From Meyerozyma guilliermondii (Eukaryota), in contig CP128818.1 in the NCBI GenBank assembly GCA_051546255.1, positions 1,116,001 to 1,180,000 of the forward strand: 64,000 bases of DNA. Direction: 5' to 3'. The notes under the pieces were generated by a model. The model had not been told where the DNA came from. It was given only the letters and a program-made list of their open reading frames with translations, and did no database searches. Positions 11,245 through 21,169 of this stretch are shown one piece after another (within the stretch, counting starts at the first letter, position 1; the number at the start of each line of letters is the position of its first letter). Both the position numbers and the translations under genes were made by a program.

Positions 11245-12675
11245 ATGCTATACCGCCACAACCCAATACTCAGTCGTTACTTTCACCACATCAGCAAAAC
11301 AGAAAGACGTATATTCATGATGTCAAAATTTGGTCCTCCAATCAATAGATCAATGACGCAATTGGATCGTGATTTTTTCCGCAAAGACGTCACTCTCTTG
11401 GCTGCCTACTTTCCCCAGCCTCAGTTCTTGGCCCGTTTTGTCAAAGAGTGCAAAAAAGACATTTTAATGCTCCCTTCCATCAAGCATATAGTGCCCATGG
11501 AAATGTCCAAGGCAGTCCTCCTCAGAGACGATATCGACGACATTAGCCAAATCTCCGAGGACACCAGGGCAAAAATGGACGAAATGAACGTCCAGCTAAA
11601 GCCGTATACGATGTCTTTGGATTACAATTTCTGGAAGGCTGACGATATTCTCAGGGCAGTTTTACCAGAAGACTTGTTGGATGAAATTCCTACAGGATTT
11701 GCTCAAGCAGGTCATGTTGCCCACTTGAACTTACGGAACGAATTCAAACCTTATGGTCTGCTCATTGGACAGGTTATTCTTGACAAAAATTCAAAAGTGG
11801 AAACTGTGGTGGATAAACTTGATACTATCGATACCAAATTCCGCACGTTCAAAATGCAAGTGCTAGCAGGAAAAGACGATCTCAATGTGGAACAGAGCGA
11901 AAGCGGGTGTCGGTTTCAATTTGATTTTAGTAAAGTGTACTGGAACTCTCGTTTGAACACAGAACATGAACGGTTAATCGACCTGTTCAAGCCACACGAA
12001 GCTGTTGCAGATGTGTTTGCAGGAGTAGGTCCTTTCGCCGTGCCTGCGGGAAAGAAAAATGTGGTAGTTTTGGCCAACGACTTGAACCCAGAATCTTTCA
12101 AATATCTCAAAAACAACATAACTTTGAACAAGACTGACGATTTTGTGAAACCTTATAAACTCGACGGAAGAGAATTCATACGAAAGTCCCCATACTTGCT
12201 CCTTGAGTGGGCTAATTCTGTGCAAAGTATAGAGAAGAAGAGAGTGGTGAAACGTCGCAAAATTGACCCAGAAACAAAGAAAGAAATTACGTCCAAAGGA
12301 ACCGAAGTTACAACGGTGAAAATTCCCAAGTTTATCACTAACTATGTTATGAACTTGCCTGATTCTGCATTGACTTTCCTTGATGAGTTCATAGGTCTTT
12401 ACAGCGACCCAGCAGTTAGAAAAGTTGTTGAAAACGAGCCCAACTTTGAACCTCCAACCGTCAATGTTCACTGCTTCGAAAAGTTCTCACCTCACGAACC
12501 AGAACCTACCCTCGAGGAACTCCATCATCGCATACACAAAAGAATTAGGGATCTACTCAAATGCGAGCTTCCCTTCGAGAAGTGCTCTTTCCATCTTGTA
12601 CGGAGAGTAGCACCTACAAAACCGATGTTTTGCGTAACATTCCAGCTTCCTCACGAGGTTGTGTTTCGCAATTAG
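11245..12675 (+). CDS. TRM5: tRNA m1G37 methyltransferase Trm5
   Basis: GHVAHLNLR, FDFSKVYWNSRL.TEH.RL, DVFAGVGPFAVP, ANDLNP, VMNLP and VRRVAPTK.MFC. Confidence 0.96.
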   Translation: MLYRHNPILSRYFHHISKTERRIFMMSKFGPPINRSMTQLDRDFFRKDVTLLAAYFPQPQFLARFVKECKKDILMLPSIKHIVPMEMSKAVLLRDDIDDISQISEDTRAKMDEMNVQLKPYTMSLDYNFWKADDILRAVLPEDLLDEIPTGFAQAGHVAHLNLRNEFKPYGLLIGQVILDKNSKVETVVDKLDTIDTKFRTFKMQVLAGKDDLNVEQSESGCRFQFDFSKVYWNSRLNTEHERLIDLFKPHEAVADVFAGVGPFAVPAGKKNVVVLANDLNPESFKYLKNNITLNKTDDFVKPYKLDGREFIRKSPYLLLEWANSVQSIEKKRVVKRRKIDPETKKEITSKGTEVTTVKIPKFITNYVMNLPDSALTFLDEFIGLYSDPAVRKVVENEPNFEPPTVNVHCFEKFSPHEPEPTLEELHHRIHKRIRDLLKCELPFEKCSFHLVRRVAPTKPMFCVTFQLPHEVVFRN

Positions 12676-14648
12676 CTCGAACCATATCTTTTGTCAAGTT
12701 TAGACCTTACTCGCAATGTTCTTACCAAGGTTTTCCATCCATGAAGCGCTTGCAATTCGGCTTCCATTCTGAGTGCACGTTGCTTAGCTGCCATGCCATA
12801 AAGCCATATTTTCTTCACTGCATTTTCCTGATGCTCATGAATGATTACACCTTTTTTCACTGGAACGGCTTGACCATTGCGAGAAACATACTCGAACCCA
12901 ACAACAACAGGAACGTACTCAATGGCTTCCGCAATTGGACAAGTGAATGATGACTTTTTGTATCTTGATAATATACCTTCAATGTCTGAAAGAGTGAGCC
13001 ATTTGGTTTTTTTCGGAACCATCCATGGTCTATAGATCTCGATATTTCCATATTGATTTCGTGGAAGAAATAGCACACCATTCTTCTCATTAACCAGTGG
13101 TGGTACGCAAATCGTTGTTTGGGATAGGGTATACAAATTTGTGGGAACTTCTGCTTGGTTATTTTTGCGGGACCTCCACGATCTTAAAGAAGTTGTAATT
13201 TTCATAGGTTTAGTTGCTTGTTCAGGCTTGATAGATCTCCCCAATTGTTTCCAATGATGCTCAGACCTGCCCACCATCACCGAAGACCTCGAGTATACTT
13301 TTTGCTTTTCCTCAATAGCCTTTTTGGACTGCAATTTGATGGTACCCACTGGTTTCGCGGTGGGAGATATCTCTTCATTGAACCTTAAAGTCTTTCTAGT
13401 AATGAAGTTGGGGCTCCGTTTCATCGCAGCGTAACTGGTGGGTATGGAATAGTTACGAAGAGCCAATTGTCTCAAGGTTGTAAGTTCCTCGTTTTCAGCA
13501 GCGGTATATCGATGGTTTCTGTTGAAATATCGCATTAAAGATTGAAAAAGAAGCTCACTTCGTCCCAGAATGGTCCGGAGATCCAAGCGGTTGAAGTACC
13601 GGTAGCTTATATCGGCCATATATCGGGCACTAACGTCTATCATACCTCCATCTTCTCCAATTGATACAACATGGCTCATTTGCATTGCGTTGAATTCGCT
13701 GGACTTTGGATAAAAATCTGCCGTATAGCTGCTCAGTAGGCTATCTACCGACCTCCCTAGATGCTGTACTCTCTTTTCCTTATCATGAAAGCACATAGTT
13801 TCAATTATAAATAGTTTCGAAGGGTCTATTGGATCCACTAGTTCTGTCCAGAAATAAGGAAAAAGCAAGTCGCTGTCCTTGACTCGTTCTAGCTTGTCAT
13901 AGTCTAGTTTTGAAGAAACTTTGGTGGTTTTGGAAACCGCTAGCAATGGAAGAGAGAATGCTAGCCTCGACTCAAACCCTACGCTTCGTAGAAGAGCAGT
14001 GAATATCTGAGCGCCAGTATCTCTATTGTGCTTAAAAGTCTTACAGACTTTAGCAAATGCTTCAGCACTCAATGGTGGACATTTGTACGAGTAATAGTCG
14101 CTGTAGCTGGAGGAACCGACCCCATTAGGTATGTATCCTAAAACCCTGATTCCAGTCGAAATAATCTCGTAATTATGACGGAACCATTTCACCAAATAGT
14201 TTATGATGAACCGTAGTTGCGAGTAGATGTCTTCTGTATTCTTCGGAGTTGACTCCTTGTCTGTCCTTATTTTCTTCTTGAGCTTTGATATTTTCTTGGT
14301 GATAGTCTCTGGGAGATTCTTTCGCAATGTCTTCACCACTGCTTTCTGGTTCATCCATCGGTTACGAAAATGTATATGGAGCAAGTATGATACCATGCCC
14401 AAGTAGTGAATTGATAGCTTCTTCCGTCTGTCTTCCAATGCTCGGAGCTTTTTCTCATTGGAGCGTTTTAAAGGAAGTATTTGAATGGTGAAGTTATCAG
14501 GTTGGTTCGATTGCAAAGGAATGTCTTCCAAATCACCTTCAGAAGAGTCTGACAGTTCAGAATCGGACTCTTCTTCGAGAGATGGCTCTACTTTACGTCT
14601 TTTTGGACTCTCGTCCTCCAGTTCTTCGTCCACAAAAAACGGGTTCAT
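12672..14648 (-). CDS. Rad4/XPC-family nucleotide excision repair protein (possibly Rad34-like)
   Basis: AQIFTALLRSVG, FPYFWTE, DVSARY, PRNQYGNIEIY and VVGFEY...AVPVKKGVII, i.e. transglutaminase-like fold plus beta-hairpin domains. Confidence 0.85.
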   Translation of the reverse strand: MNPFFVDEELEDESPKRRKVEPSLEEESDSELSDSSEGDLEDIPLQSNQPDNFTIQILPLKRSNEKKLRALEDRRKKLSIHYLGMVSYLLHIHFRNRWMNQKAVVKTLRKNLPETITKKISKLKKKIRTDKESTPKNTEDIYSQLRFIINYLVKWFRHNYEIISTGIRVLGYIPNGVGSSSYSDYYSYKCPPLSAEAFAKVCKTFKHNRDTGAQIFTALLRSVGFESRLAFSLPLLAVSKTTKVSSKLDYDKLERVKDSDLLFPYFWTELVDPIDPSKLFIIETMCFHDKEKRVQHLGRSVDSLLSSYTADFYPKSSEFNAMQMSHVVSIGEDGGMIDVSARYMADISYRYFNRLDLRTILGRSELLFQSLMRYFNRNHRYTAAENEELTTLRQLALRNYSIPTSYAAMKRSPNFITRKTLRFNEEISPTAKPVGTIKLQSKKAIEEKQKVYSRSSVMVGRSEHHWKQLGRSIKPEQATKPMKITTSLRSWRSRKNNQAEVPTNLYTLSQTTICVPPLVNEKNGVLFLPRNQYGNIEIYRPWMVPKKTKWLTLSDIEGILSRYKKSSFTCPIAEAIEYVPVVVGFEYVSRNGQAVPVKKGVIIHEHQENAVKKIWLYGMAAKQRALRMEAELQALHGWKTLVRTLRVRSKLDKRYGSS

Positions 14649-14675
14649 AGATAAGATGAAATGTGGGGTCGATGC

Positions 14676-14687
14676 GCGATGAGATGA
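14676..14687. promoter_or_regulatory. PAC element GCGATGAGATGA upstream of the Rad4-like gene
   Basis: Near-full extended PAC consensus about 28 bp from the ATG at 14648. Confidence 0.6.
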
Positions 14688-14881
14688 TTGATGAGGTTTG
14701 GTTGAAATAAGAAGTGGTTGAAATAAGAAATGCTATTATTCAACAGAAAAGCTGTTTCATGTGATAACAGCGACAGCTTAGTTTGAAAGTGTCATGAAGA
14801 GCATTTTAGTAAATTATTCATTGATTCTCATCAAATATCTATTATTTATTACTACCCTTTCCTTTCCTGATTCGTGACTTT

Positions 14882-15313
14882 TTACGAATGTATAGCATCA
14901 CTTATCTCAGACCACTCGGATACCATGCGCCATTGACTGGTCAGCTCAATCACATTATCGTGGCCATATAATGTCATCAGATCAAACTTAGCTATGGGAT
15001 TGTAAACTTTCACATTTTTTATCTCGGCCGTTCCGTTAGCTATGCCTTCAGTGTCGGCTGGATTCGCGTGGGCGATAGTCTCTGACTTGTTCATTATATA
15101 CCCACAGTATTTGCCGTCCCAATTCGTCTTGTGGCCCACTAATCTACAACCACGAAAATATGCAATTTCACGCTCTTCATTTCCAACCTTTTCTGTACTT
15201 TTGGTGTCTGAAAAGTATTCTTTGGTGTTTGCAGGGCCACTGTATTGTATATGTAGAGGCAATAGACTCACGGTGGCCTGTGGGACCTCCGGCGATACCC
15301 TCAAAGTGTCCAT
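14882..15313 (-). CDS. RNH203: RNase H2 non-catalytic subunit C (Rnh203-like)
   Basis: LLP.HIQYSGPA...YF, AYFRG..L.G, F...TLYGHD and W....AIH follow the RNase H2C family pattern. Confidence 0.75.
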   Translation of the reverse strand: MDTLRVSPEVPQATVSLLPLHIQYSGPANTKEYFSDTKSTEKVGNEEREIAYFRGCRLVGHKTNWDGKYCGYIMNKSETIAHANPADTEGIANGTAEIKNVKVYNPIAKFDLMTLYGHDNVIELTSQWRMVSEWSEISDAIHS

Positions 15314-15411
15314 GGCTAGCGCGTAGATCAGAATTAATTCGCGCCTTGAAGAAGGTGTGCAGAGAAGCTTTTCAGATTTGAGATTGGGCGCACGTCACTG
15401 ATAAGAGAACC

Positions 15412-16401
15412 ATGTCCAATCCTCTCCAAGTGGTAGATATCAGCACTTTGGATGCTGAAACCGGTAAAAATCTACTCAATGCCGCGTCGTCTCAAGGCTT
15501 CTTGTTTGTAGAGGGTCATGGGTTTCTGGATCGTGAAATAAGTGAACTTTTCACTTTGTCAAACGGCTTTTTTTCCTTAGATCAAAATTACAAAGACCAG
15601 TATGCCATTGATAGCAGCAATCATGGTTATGTGCGTAGTGGTGGTGAGAACCTTTCGCCCGGAGACCAAAAAACGGGAGATCCTAAGGAGGCACTCAATA
15701 TTAGTTTCTTGGATTTTGTCACCGGAGAATCTGCAAAGCCTATTCCTGACTATTTTTCTGGGGAAAGAAAAGTGGCCTTGCAAAGTATCATTAAACGCTT
15801 GTATGAGTTGTCATTGAGAATTATGAAACTTGTAGCAATTGGTTTGGAAATGAAAGACATTGACTGGTTCGATAGTCGGTACGATCCTGAAAAACCGTCT
15901 GGTACTACTTTTCGTCTTCTTCATTATCCAGGCCAAAAGTCTTTGAGTCCCGAGGCGGCGATTAGAGCAGGTGCTCATACGGACTACGGACTGGTGACGC
16001 TTTTGTTTCAGCAGGAAAATCAAGAAGGTCTTGAAATACACTCTCAAATCTCGAAAAAATGGGAAGCGGTTCCTTTCGTTCCTAGCAACAGCACCAAGTT
16101 TTCTGGGGAAGCACCGCCCATTATAGTCAATATAGGAGACCAATTGAGCTACTGGACCGCTGGACTTTTGAAATCTACCATACACAGGGTCAAATTTCCT
16201 GCCAAAGTTCAAGAATCGGGCCAAGACCGGTACTCAATAGTATTTTTCAGCCATCCCAATGACGATACGATACTCGAACCGGTTCCCAGCGAACTCACAA
16301 GAGCAATTAAAGGCCGTGGTACCAATAGCGAGTCGAACCCTATAACTTCCAAGAAGCATCTCGAGAAGCGACTTGCAGCGACATACGGATGGAAGAAGTG
16401 A
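15412..16401 (+). CDS. 2-oxoglutarate/Fe(II) dioxygenase, IPNS/thymine-7-hydroxylase-like fold
   Basis: GFLFVEGHG, GDPKE, RLLHYP, HTD (HxD), NIGD.L..WT.G.LKSTIHRV and RYS (RxS). Confidence 0.9.
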   Translation: MSNPLQVVDISTLDAETGKNLLNAASSQGFLFVEGHGFLDREISELFTLSNGFFSLDQNYKDQYAIDSSNHGYVRSGGENLSPGDQKTGDPKEALNISFLDFVTGESAKPIPDYFSGERKVALQSIIKRLYELSLRIMKLVAIGLEMKDIDWFDSRYDPEKPSGTTFRLLHYPGQKSLSPEAAIRAGAHTDYGLVTLLFQQENQEGLEIHSQISKKWEAVPFVPSNSTKFSGEAPPIIVNIGDQLSYWTAGLLKSTIHRVKFPAKVQESGQDRYSIVFFSHPNDDTILEPVPSELTRAIKGRGTNSESNPITSKKHLEKRLAATYGWKK

Positions 16402-16447
16402 AGAAAGAAAAGCTTAATTGGAATTGCAACTACATCTTCTGCTTTCC

Positions 16448-17779
16448 TTAATACACATAAGGAATAATCTTATACGGCACCCTCCGCTTATACTCTGCCC
16501 ATTGTTCACCGTACTTGGCGGAGCATTTGACATCGTCTCTCATTTGCCTGTGGATCAAAAGTCCTCCTACGAATACCACATAGTAATATGAGATAGGCGA
16601 TCTGAATCCTGTTGTAAAGCACCAAGCCCATGCTATCAACCAGTCACCAAGGTAGTTGATATGTTGAGCCTTAGACCACCAACCGTCGCAGAGTAATTTG
16701 GTTCCAGTCTTGGTCTTGATATATTCCATGTTCTCCAATCTTCCCTGCCTAAATTCTGACTTTTGGTTGTTGGAAGCATTATAAACGTAGAAACCAAAAC
16801 CACTCAAGGCAACTATTAGCATCAGATTCAACCAGCCCAAATGGACATGGTTTTGAGGAAGCGACAAGAACCGAGCCTGGAGCGAATACGTCCATGGCAA
16901 CCAAGCCAAGTCGCCGAAACTGAGCATGAAACCAAAACCATCGGTGGTAATATCGAGCATGGTGAGAGACCCTTCTTCGTAGAACGAGCAGTCAATGACA
17001 TAGATGGCTTGCAAGGCTGAAACGAGAAGTATAGAATCTGTAACCACTCCATATTGGTGGTATTGGTGGTGGATACAAGCAAGGTCTATCACGATCCAGA
17101 GAAGCAATCCTGGGCGCAACTCACAGAACAATTTGATGTCCCAAGCGCCAATTCGAGGATTGAGTTCTCGCCCAATGAAAAAATCGTAGATGGGGTTTCC
17201 AGAATTGCCATTAATGGACAAGATCCGCTCTCGAGTTCCAAGCCCGTTCTCGTGAGTTAGAGGAACAAATGAGCCAGCGTAGACAAATATCGCCATGGCA
17301 AACGAAAAGATAATCGACACAGCAATCAAATGCAAATGATGATCATAGACAAACTGCAACTCGGGAACATAGTAGTTTTTCGCCAGGACAACCCTAGCAG
17401 CTATTATGGCGACAACTGTACTCGAAACAGCTCCTCCGTTGATGTTATAGGTCAAATATGTGCCATCACGCAATTGAGTACCATTCATTCTTTTTCCTGG
17501 CAAAATCAAATCAAGAGTCGTAATTGCTGAGAACCACGAAAGATAAAATAACCAACTTTGCTTGTGGAAGCAAATGTTCAGAAGCTGTGTCCAAGTGCTT
17601 GGAATTTGTTTCTTTATAGCTTCAATGTCCAAGCTAACTCCGTGAATACAATAATTTTCGTTGGTAACGAAATATAGCAATGGTATTACCATCGGCAACA
17701 CAAGGACCATTCCTAATGCCCCCGGCACACCAAAGAATTCTCTGTGCTTTGTAACTGGATTGAGTTGACTTCCGGTCAT
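16448..17779 (-). CDS. ERG24: C-14 sterol reductase (Erg24 family)
   Basis: GNSGNPIYDFFIGRELNPRIG.WDIKLFCELRPG, DITTDGFGFMLSFGD, LLCDGWW...HINY.GD and VPYKIIPYVY. Confidence 0.9.
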   Translation of the reverse strand: MTGSQLNPVTKHREFFGVPGALGMVLVLPMVIPLLYFVTNENYCIHGVSLDIEAIKKQIPSTWTQLLNICFHKQSWLFYLSWFSAITTLDLILPGKRMNGTQLRDGTYLTYNINGGAVSSTVVAIIAARVVLAKNYYVPELQFVYDHHLHLIAVSIIFSFAMAIFVYAGSFVPLTHENGLGTRERILSINGNSGNPIYDFFIGRELNPRIGAWDIKLFCELRPGLLLWIVIDLACIHHQYHQYGVVTDSILLVSALQAIYVIDCSFYEEGSLTMLDITTDGFGFMLSFGDLAWLPWTYSLQARFLSLPQNHVHLGWLNLMLIVALSGFGFYVYNASNNQKSEFRQGRLENMEYIKTKTGTKLLCDGWWSKAQHINYLGDWLIAWAWCFTTGFRSPISYYYVVFVGGLLIHRQMRDDVKCSAKYGEQWAEYKRRVPYKIIPYVY

Positions 17780-17841
17780 GTTTTGTGGATCATTTTGAAA
17801 ATTGTGTGGGGTTTAAATATTTTTAGCTAAAAGCAATCGAC

Positions 17842-17848
17842 TCGTATA
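17842..17848. promoter_or_regulatory. Upc2 sterol-response element TCGTATA upstream of ERG24
   Basis: Exact SRE about 63 bp upstream of the start; the same motif precedes NCP1. Confidence 0.6.
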
Positions 17849-18110
17849 GCAATGATACGCAATGTGCGGCTGAACAGAGATATATAATATTCAGCAGCAA
17901 TGGAGTGTGAAAGTCCAAGGAGTGCTCTGACACTCATTTCGATTGCTTTAATCAGATTAGCTTACTCGAGTTTGCTTGTTCTCTTCTTTTTTTATCTTCA
18001 GTTTCTTGACTTTTCGCAGCCATTATCGGTTGAAAATCATGCGCCCGAGATTTACGACAGAATTCAACAGCCAATTCGTTTCTTATTTCATTTCTCTATT
18101 CTCTATTCTA

Positions 18111-19661
18111 CTATAAGGCATACCGGAACCCCCTGTTCTCAAAATCAGTCATACCCTTGAATCCATTGATAATGGCTTCTTGACGAATATCTTCAGAGTA
18201 CCCTCCTTGCTCTTTATCTCTCTGGGCATTTCTAGCCTTTAAGAGGAAAGCATAACCTATGCCCAATGCGATCATTGTAGAATAACAAGTAATCAAAGCA
18301 ATCATGGCACTGTTATAGGTAGGAGCTTCTCTGGTGTAAAAAATATTGGCACCAATGATGTTTCCCGAAGCGTAAAGAGTAAACCAAAAACCAGTAGTTA
18401 CTGTTTTTTTCGTATTCCCACCAACATTGGCGGTGATGAAAATCCAGCACAAGATAACAGGACCTCCAATGAGGTACTGGAGCCAAGTACAACCAACCAG
18501 CGCCCATCTATTGTCGTGAATCAAGTGTATGCCAATCAACCCAGCCAAGCCAGGCACACAAAGTCCACAGAATATTATACAACGAGTGTTTGGTACTTTC
18601 AAAGCAATGATTCCACATGTGAAAACCACAATAAATTCTATGGCACCGGTAGGCATTTGCAAAGCTGTGGAAGCCAACCCGGTGAATCCAAAACCGGCTA
18701 TCAAAGCAGATTGAAAGTTGGAAACTCCACCGTTAATAATACCACAACCCAACCCAATAAGCCCATAAATGTACACTGTGATGTCCATAGCTGCTTCTCT
18801 TGCTTGAGGCCATAAGAAACGTTGATCTTTGACACCTTGGTTGTTCTTGGAAATGTGCTTGATGAGAATCGTCTTTTCTCTTTCGCTTAAAAACTTGGCA
18901 GAAGCTGGAGTATCTGGAGTAAGAAACAAGAATACAATAGCCCACACAAAGTTGAGAAGACCAATGACCAAGAAAATCAATTTCCAGGATTCTAATGAAG
19001 CATTGTTAACATGGCCAAGACCAAACCCAAGAAGGGCACCAACCACTGTAGCAATTCCATTACAACTCAAAAACGTGCACATACGGAAAGGCTGGTCTTC
19101 TCTGGAATAAAACATACCGCAGATCATCATACAAGACGGGGAAATGCCGGCTTCGAACATTCCTAGTATAAATCGAAGAACCAACATGCCACCATAATTC
19201 GTTGCACCGATGTGCCCAATCAATATTATAGCCCAAACTACAAGCATGGCGCCTGTGTACTTTGCAATTGGAACTTTCTGGATAATATAATTGGAAGGAA
19301 ATGCCCAGAACATGTACCCGAAATTGAAGATGGCTGCTACCCAAGAATACCTTTGACCAACAAGACCCAAATCTTCTTTGAAAGAGTACGCCGAGGCATA
19401 GTTCAAACTCAATTTGTCAAGGAATTGCAACGTATATGTGATACACAAGATCGGCATGAGTCTTATATCGACTTTAAAACGAATTTTTCGCAATTCCGCT
19501 TCCACTTCTTCATCGGTGACATCTTTGGCATTTTCGAAAAATTCTAAACCAACAACTTTGTCGACATTATTCCCCACTTCGTCTCTAATGGAGTGAACAG
19601 ACGAGATCACCTGGCCAATACCATAGTTTTTTTCATTAATGGCGTTCTCGGAGTCGGACAT
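18111..19661 (-). CDS. MFS anion:cation symporter, allantoate permease (Dal5/Yct1) family
   Basis: KVDIRLMP...LQFLDKLSLNYA, LRFILGMFEA, WKLIFLVIG, NVGGNTKK and GNIIG; about 12 TM segments. Confidence 0.88.
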   Translation of the reverse strand: MSDSENAINEKNYGIGQVISSVHSIRDEVGNNVDKVVGLEFFENAKDVTDEEVEAELRKIRFKVDIRLMPILCITYTLQFLDKLSLNYASAYSFKEDLGLVGQRYSWVAAIFNFGYMFWAFPSNYIIQKVPIAKYTGAMLVVWAIILIGHIGATNYGGMLVLRFILGMFEAGISPSCMMICGMFYSREDQPFRMCTFLSCNGIATVVGALLGFGLGHVNNASLESWKLIFLVIGLLNFVWAIVFLFLTPDTPASAKFLSEREKTILIKHISKNNQGVKDQRFLWPQAREAAMDITVYIYGLIGLGCGIINGGVSNFQSALIAGFGFTGLASTALQMPTGAIEFIVVFTCGIIALKVPNTRCIIFCGLCVPGLAGLIGIHLIHDNRWALVGCTWLQYLIGGPVILCWIFITANVGGNTKKTVTTGFWFTLYASGNIIGANIFYTREAPTYNSAMIALITCYSTMIALGIGYAFLLKARNAQRDKEQGGYSEDIRQEAIINGFKGMTDFENRGFRYAL

Positions 19662-20064
19662 GATAACTTGAAGAAAAGGGATTCGTAGTCTATTCAGATT
19701 CAGTATATTGGTAAGTGATGCAATATCGTGTTTTATTTATATCTGGAATGATTTACAATCGGTATCATTGGTGGTAATCAATCAATTCTTATCGAACTAC
19801 CGCAGCAACCAGATACGCCGAATTGCCTAATTTGGATAAACGCGGCCCACGTCAGCGATGCCCAGACATGCAGCGTGACGCACGTTGATAAAGGATTTTA
19901 TTCCGCTCCGCACTTTATGCACAATGTTGCGACTAATGCGGAAGTCGCTGCCTCTTTAGGCAGAAGGCGTTCACTGTCAAGGTACCAATGTACATACCAA
20001 TGTACTTGTATCTTTTAGATAAAAGGTCGTATCAGCACCTAGCACAGCTAGACCCAATTCCTCG

Positions 20065-20937
20065 ATGTCCCCCTCGGCAAATTTGCTCACTGGAAAAGGC
20101 TACGATTTTGGCACCCAAGGTGCTCACAATATTGCAAAAGGTGGAACCCATCCCCACTTAATACCCCAATACAATGACCAATTCCAGGAGAGGAAATGGC
20201 GATTGGAGCACGCAGCTGGTGCGTTCCGTGTGTTTGCTAGGTTGGGATATAGTGAAGGAGAAGCAGGACATATTTCCATTCGAGACCCAGTGGACCCTTC
20301 GACTTTCTTTATCAACCCATTGGGGTTGCATTTTGCAATGATCGAAGCTAAAGATATGGTACATGTCGACGAAAAAGGCACCATTCTACCAGATGGAAAT
20401 CAGGCGCCAATAAATGCCGCTGGGTTTGCTATACATCTGGCTCTTCAGAAGGCCAGACCAGACATCAATGCTGCCTGTCATACCCATTCTGTGTATGGAA
20501 AAGCGTACTCTACGTTTGGAAGGCCGTTGGAAATGATCAACCAGGACGCCTGTATCTTTTACAACAACCAGGCCGTGTTCAAGAACTTTGGCGGAGTGGC
20601 TATTGAAGGTGATGAAGGACGAGAAATTGCCGAGGCTGCTGCTGGAGCCAGGACGGTAATTTTGCAAAATCATGGACTTCTCACCATGGGTTCTACAGTC
20701 GATGAGGCTGCTTATTTGTTCACATTGATGGAGAAAAGTTGCCAAGTACAATTGTTGGCAAATGCAAATGTTAAAGAAGAGAAGATTATCATTCCAGATG
20801 ATGTTGCTGCATATTCTGCATTTGTTACAAACGATCCAGAGACCATGTATGCATCATTTCAGCCTGAGTTTGGGTACCAGAGAAGGTTGGACAAGGACGA
20901 GTTTATGTGGAAAGAAGACAAAATTGAAGAAAAATAG
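20065..20937 (+). CDS. Class II aldolase/adducin-head-fold metalloenzyme (Mug14/NovR-like)
   Basis: EG.AGHISIRDP, INP.GLHF, NAAGFAIH, RPDINAACHTHS and ILQNHGLLT.G.TVDEAAYLF. Confidence 0.88.
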   Translation: MSPSANLLTGKGYDFGTQGAHNIAKGGTHPHLIPQYNDQFQERKWRLEHAAGAFRVFARLGYSEGEAGHISIRDPVDPSTFFINPLGLHFAMIEAKDMVHVDEKGTILPDGNQAPINAAGFAIHLALQKARPDINAACHTHSVYGKAYSTFGRPLEMINQDACIFYNNQAVFKNFGGVAIEGDEGREIAEAAAGARTVILQNHGLLTMGSTVDEAAYLFTLMEKSCQVQLLANANVKEEKIIIPDDVAAYSAFVTNDPETMYASFQPEFGYQRRLDKDEFMWKEDKIEEK

Positions 20938-21169
20938 AAGATGATAAAATATAAAATTGTAATTCAAGCTAGATGAATACAGTAATATGAACTTACATTC
21001 AAAATTAGTTATATCTTCGGATTAATGTATCCTATAGACTTCATTCTTAGTAGTATTGCTAACCACAGAATCAAGCTTCTTGCGCCTTTTTAGACTAATG
21101 AACATCAAGTCGCTTCTTGCTCAAAATTTATATGATAATTTTCTAAACTACTAGTGTTCCACTTGAGCA

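Noticed and set aside
15412..16401. Calling the 2OG dioxygenase a thymine-7-hydroxylase linked to the pyrimidine genes
   Set aside because: The motifs are shared by the whole IPNS-like family, and ERG24 separates it from the permease module; substrate cannot be assigned.
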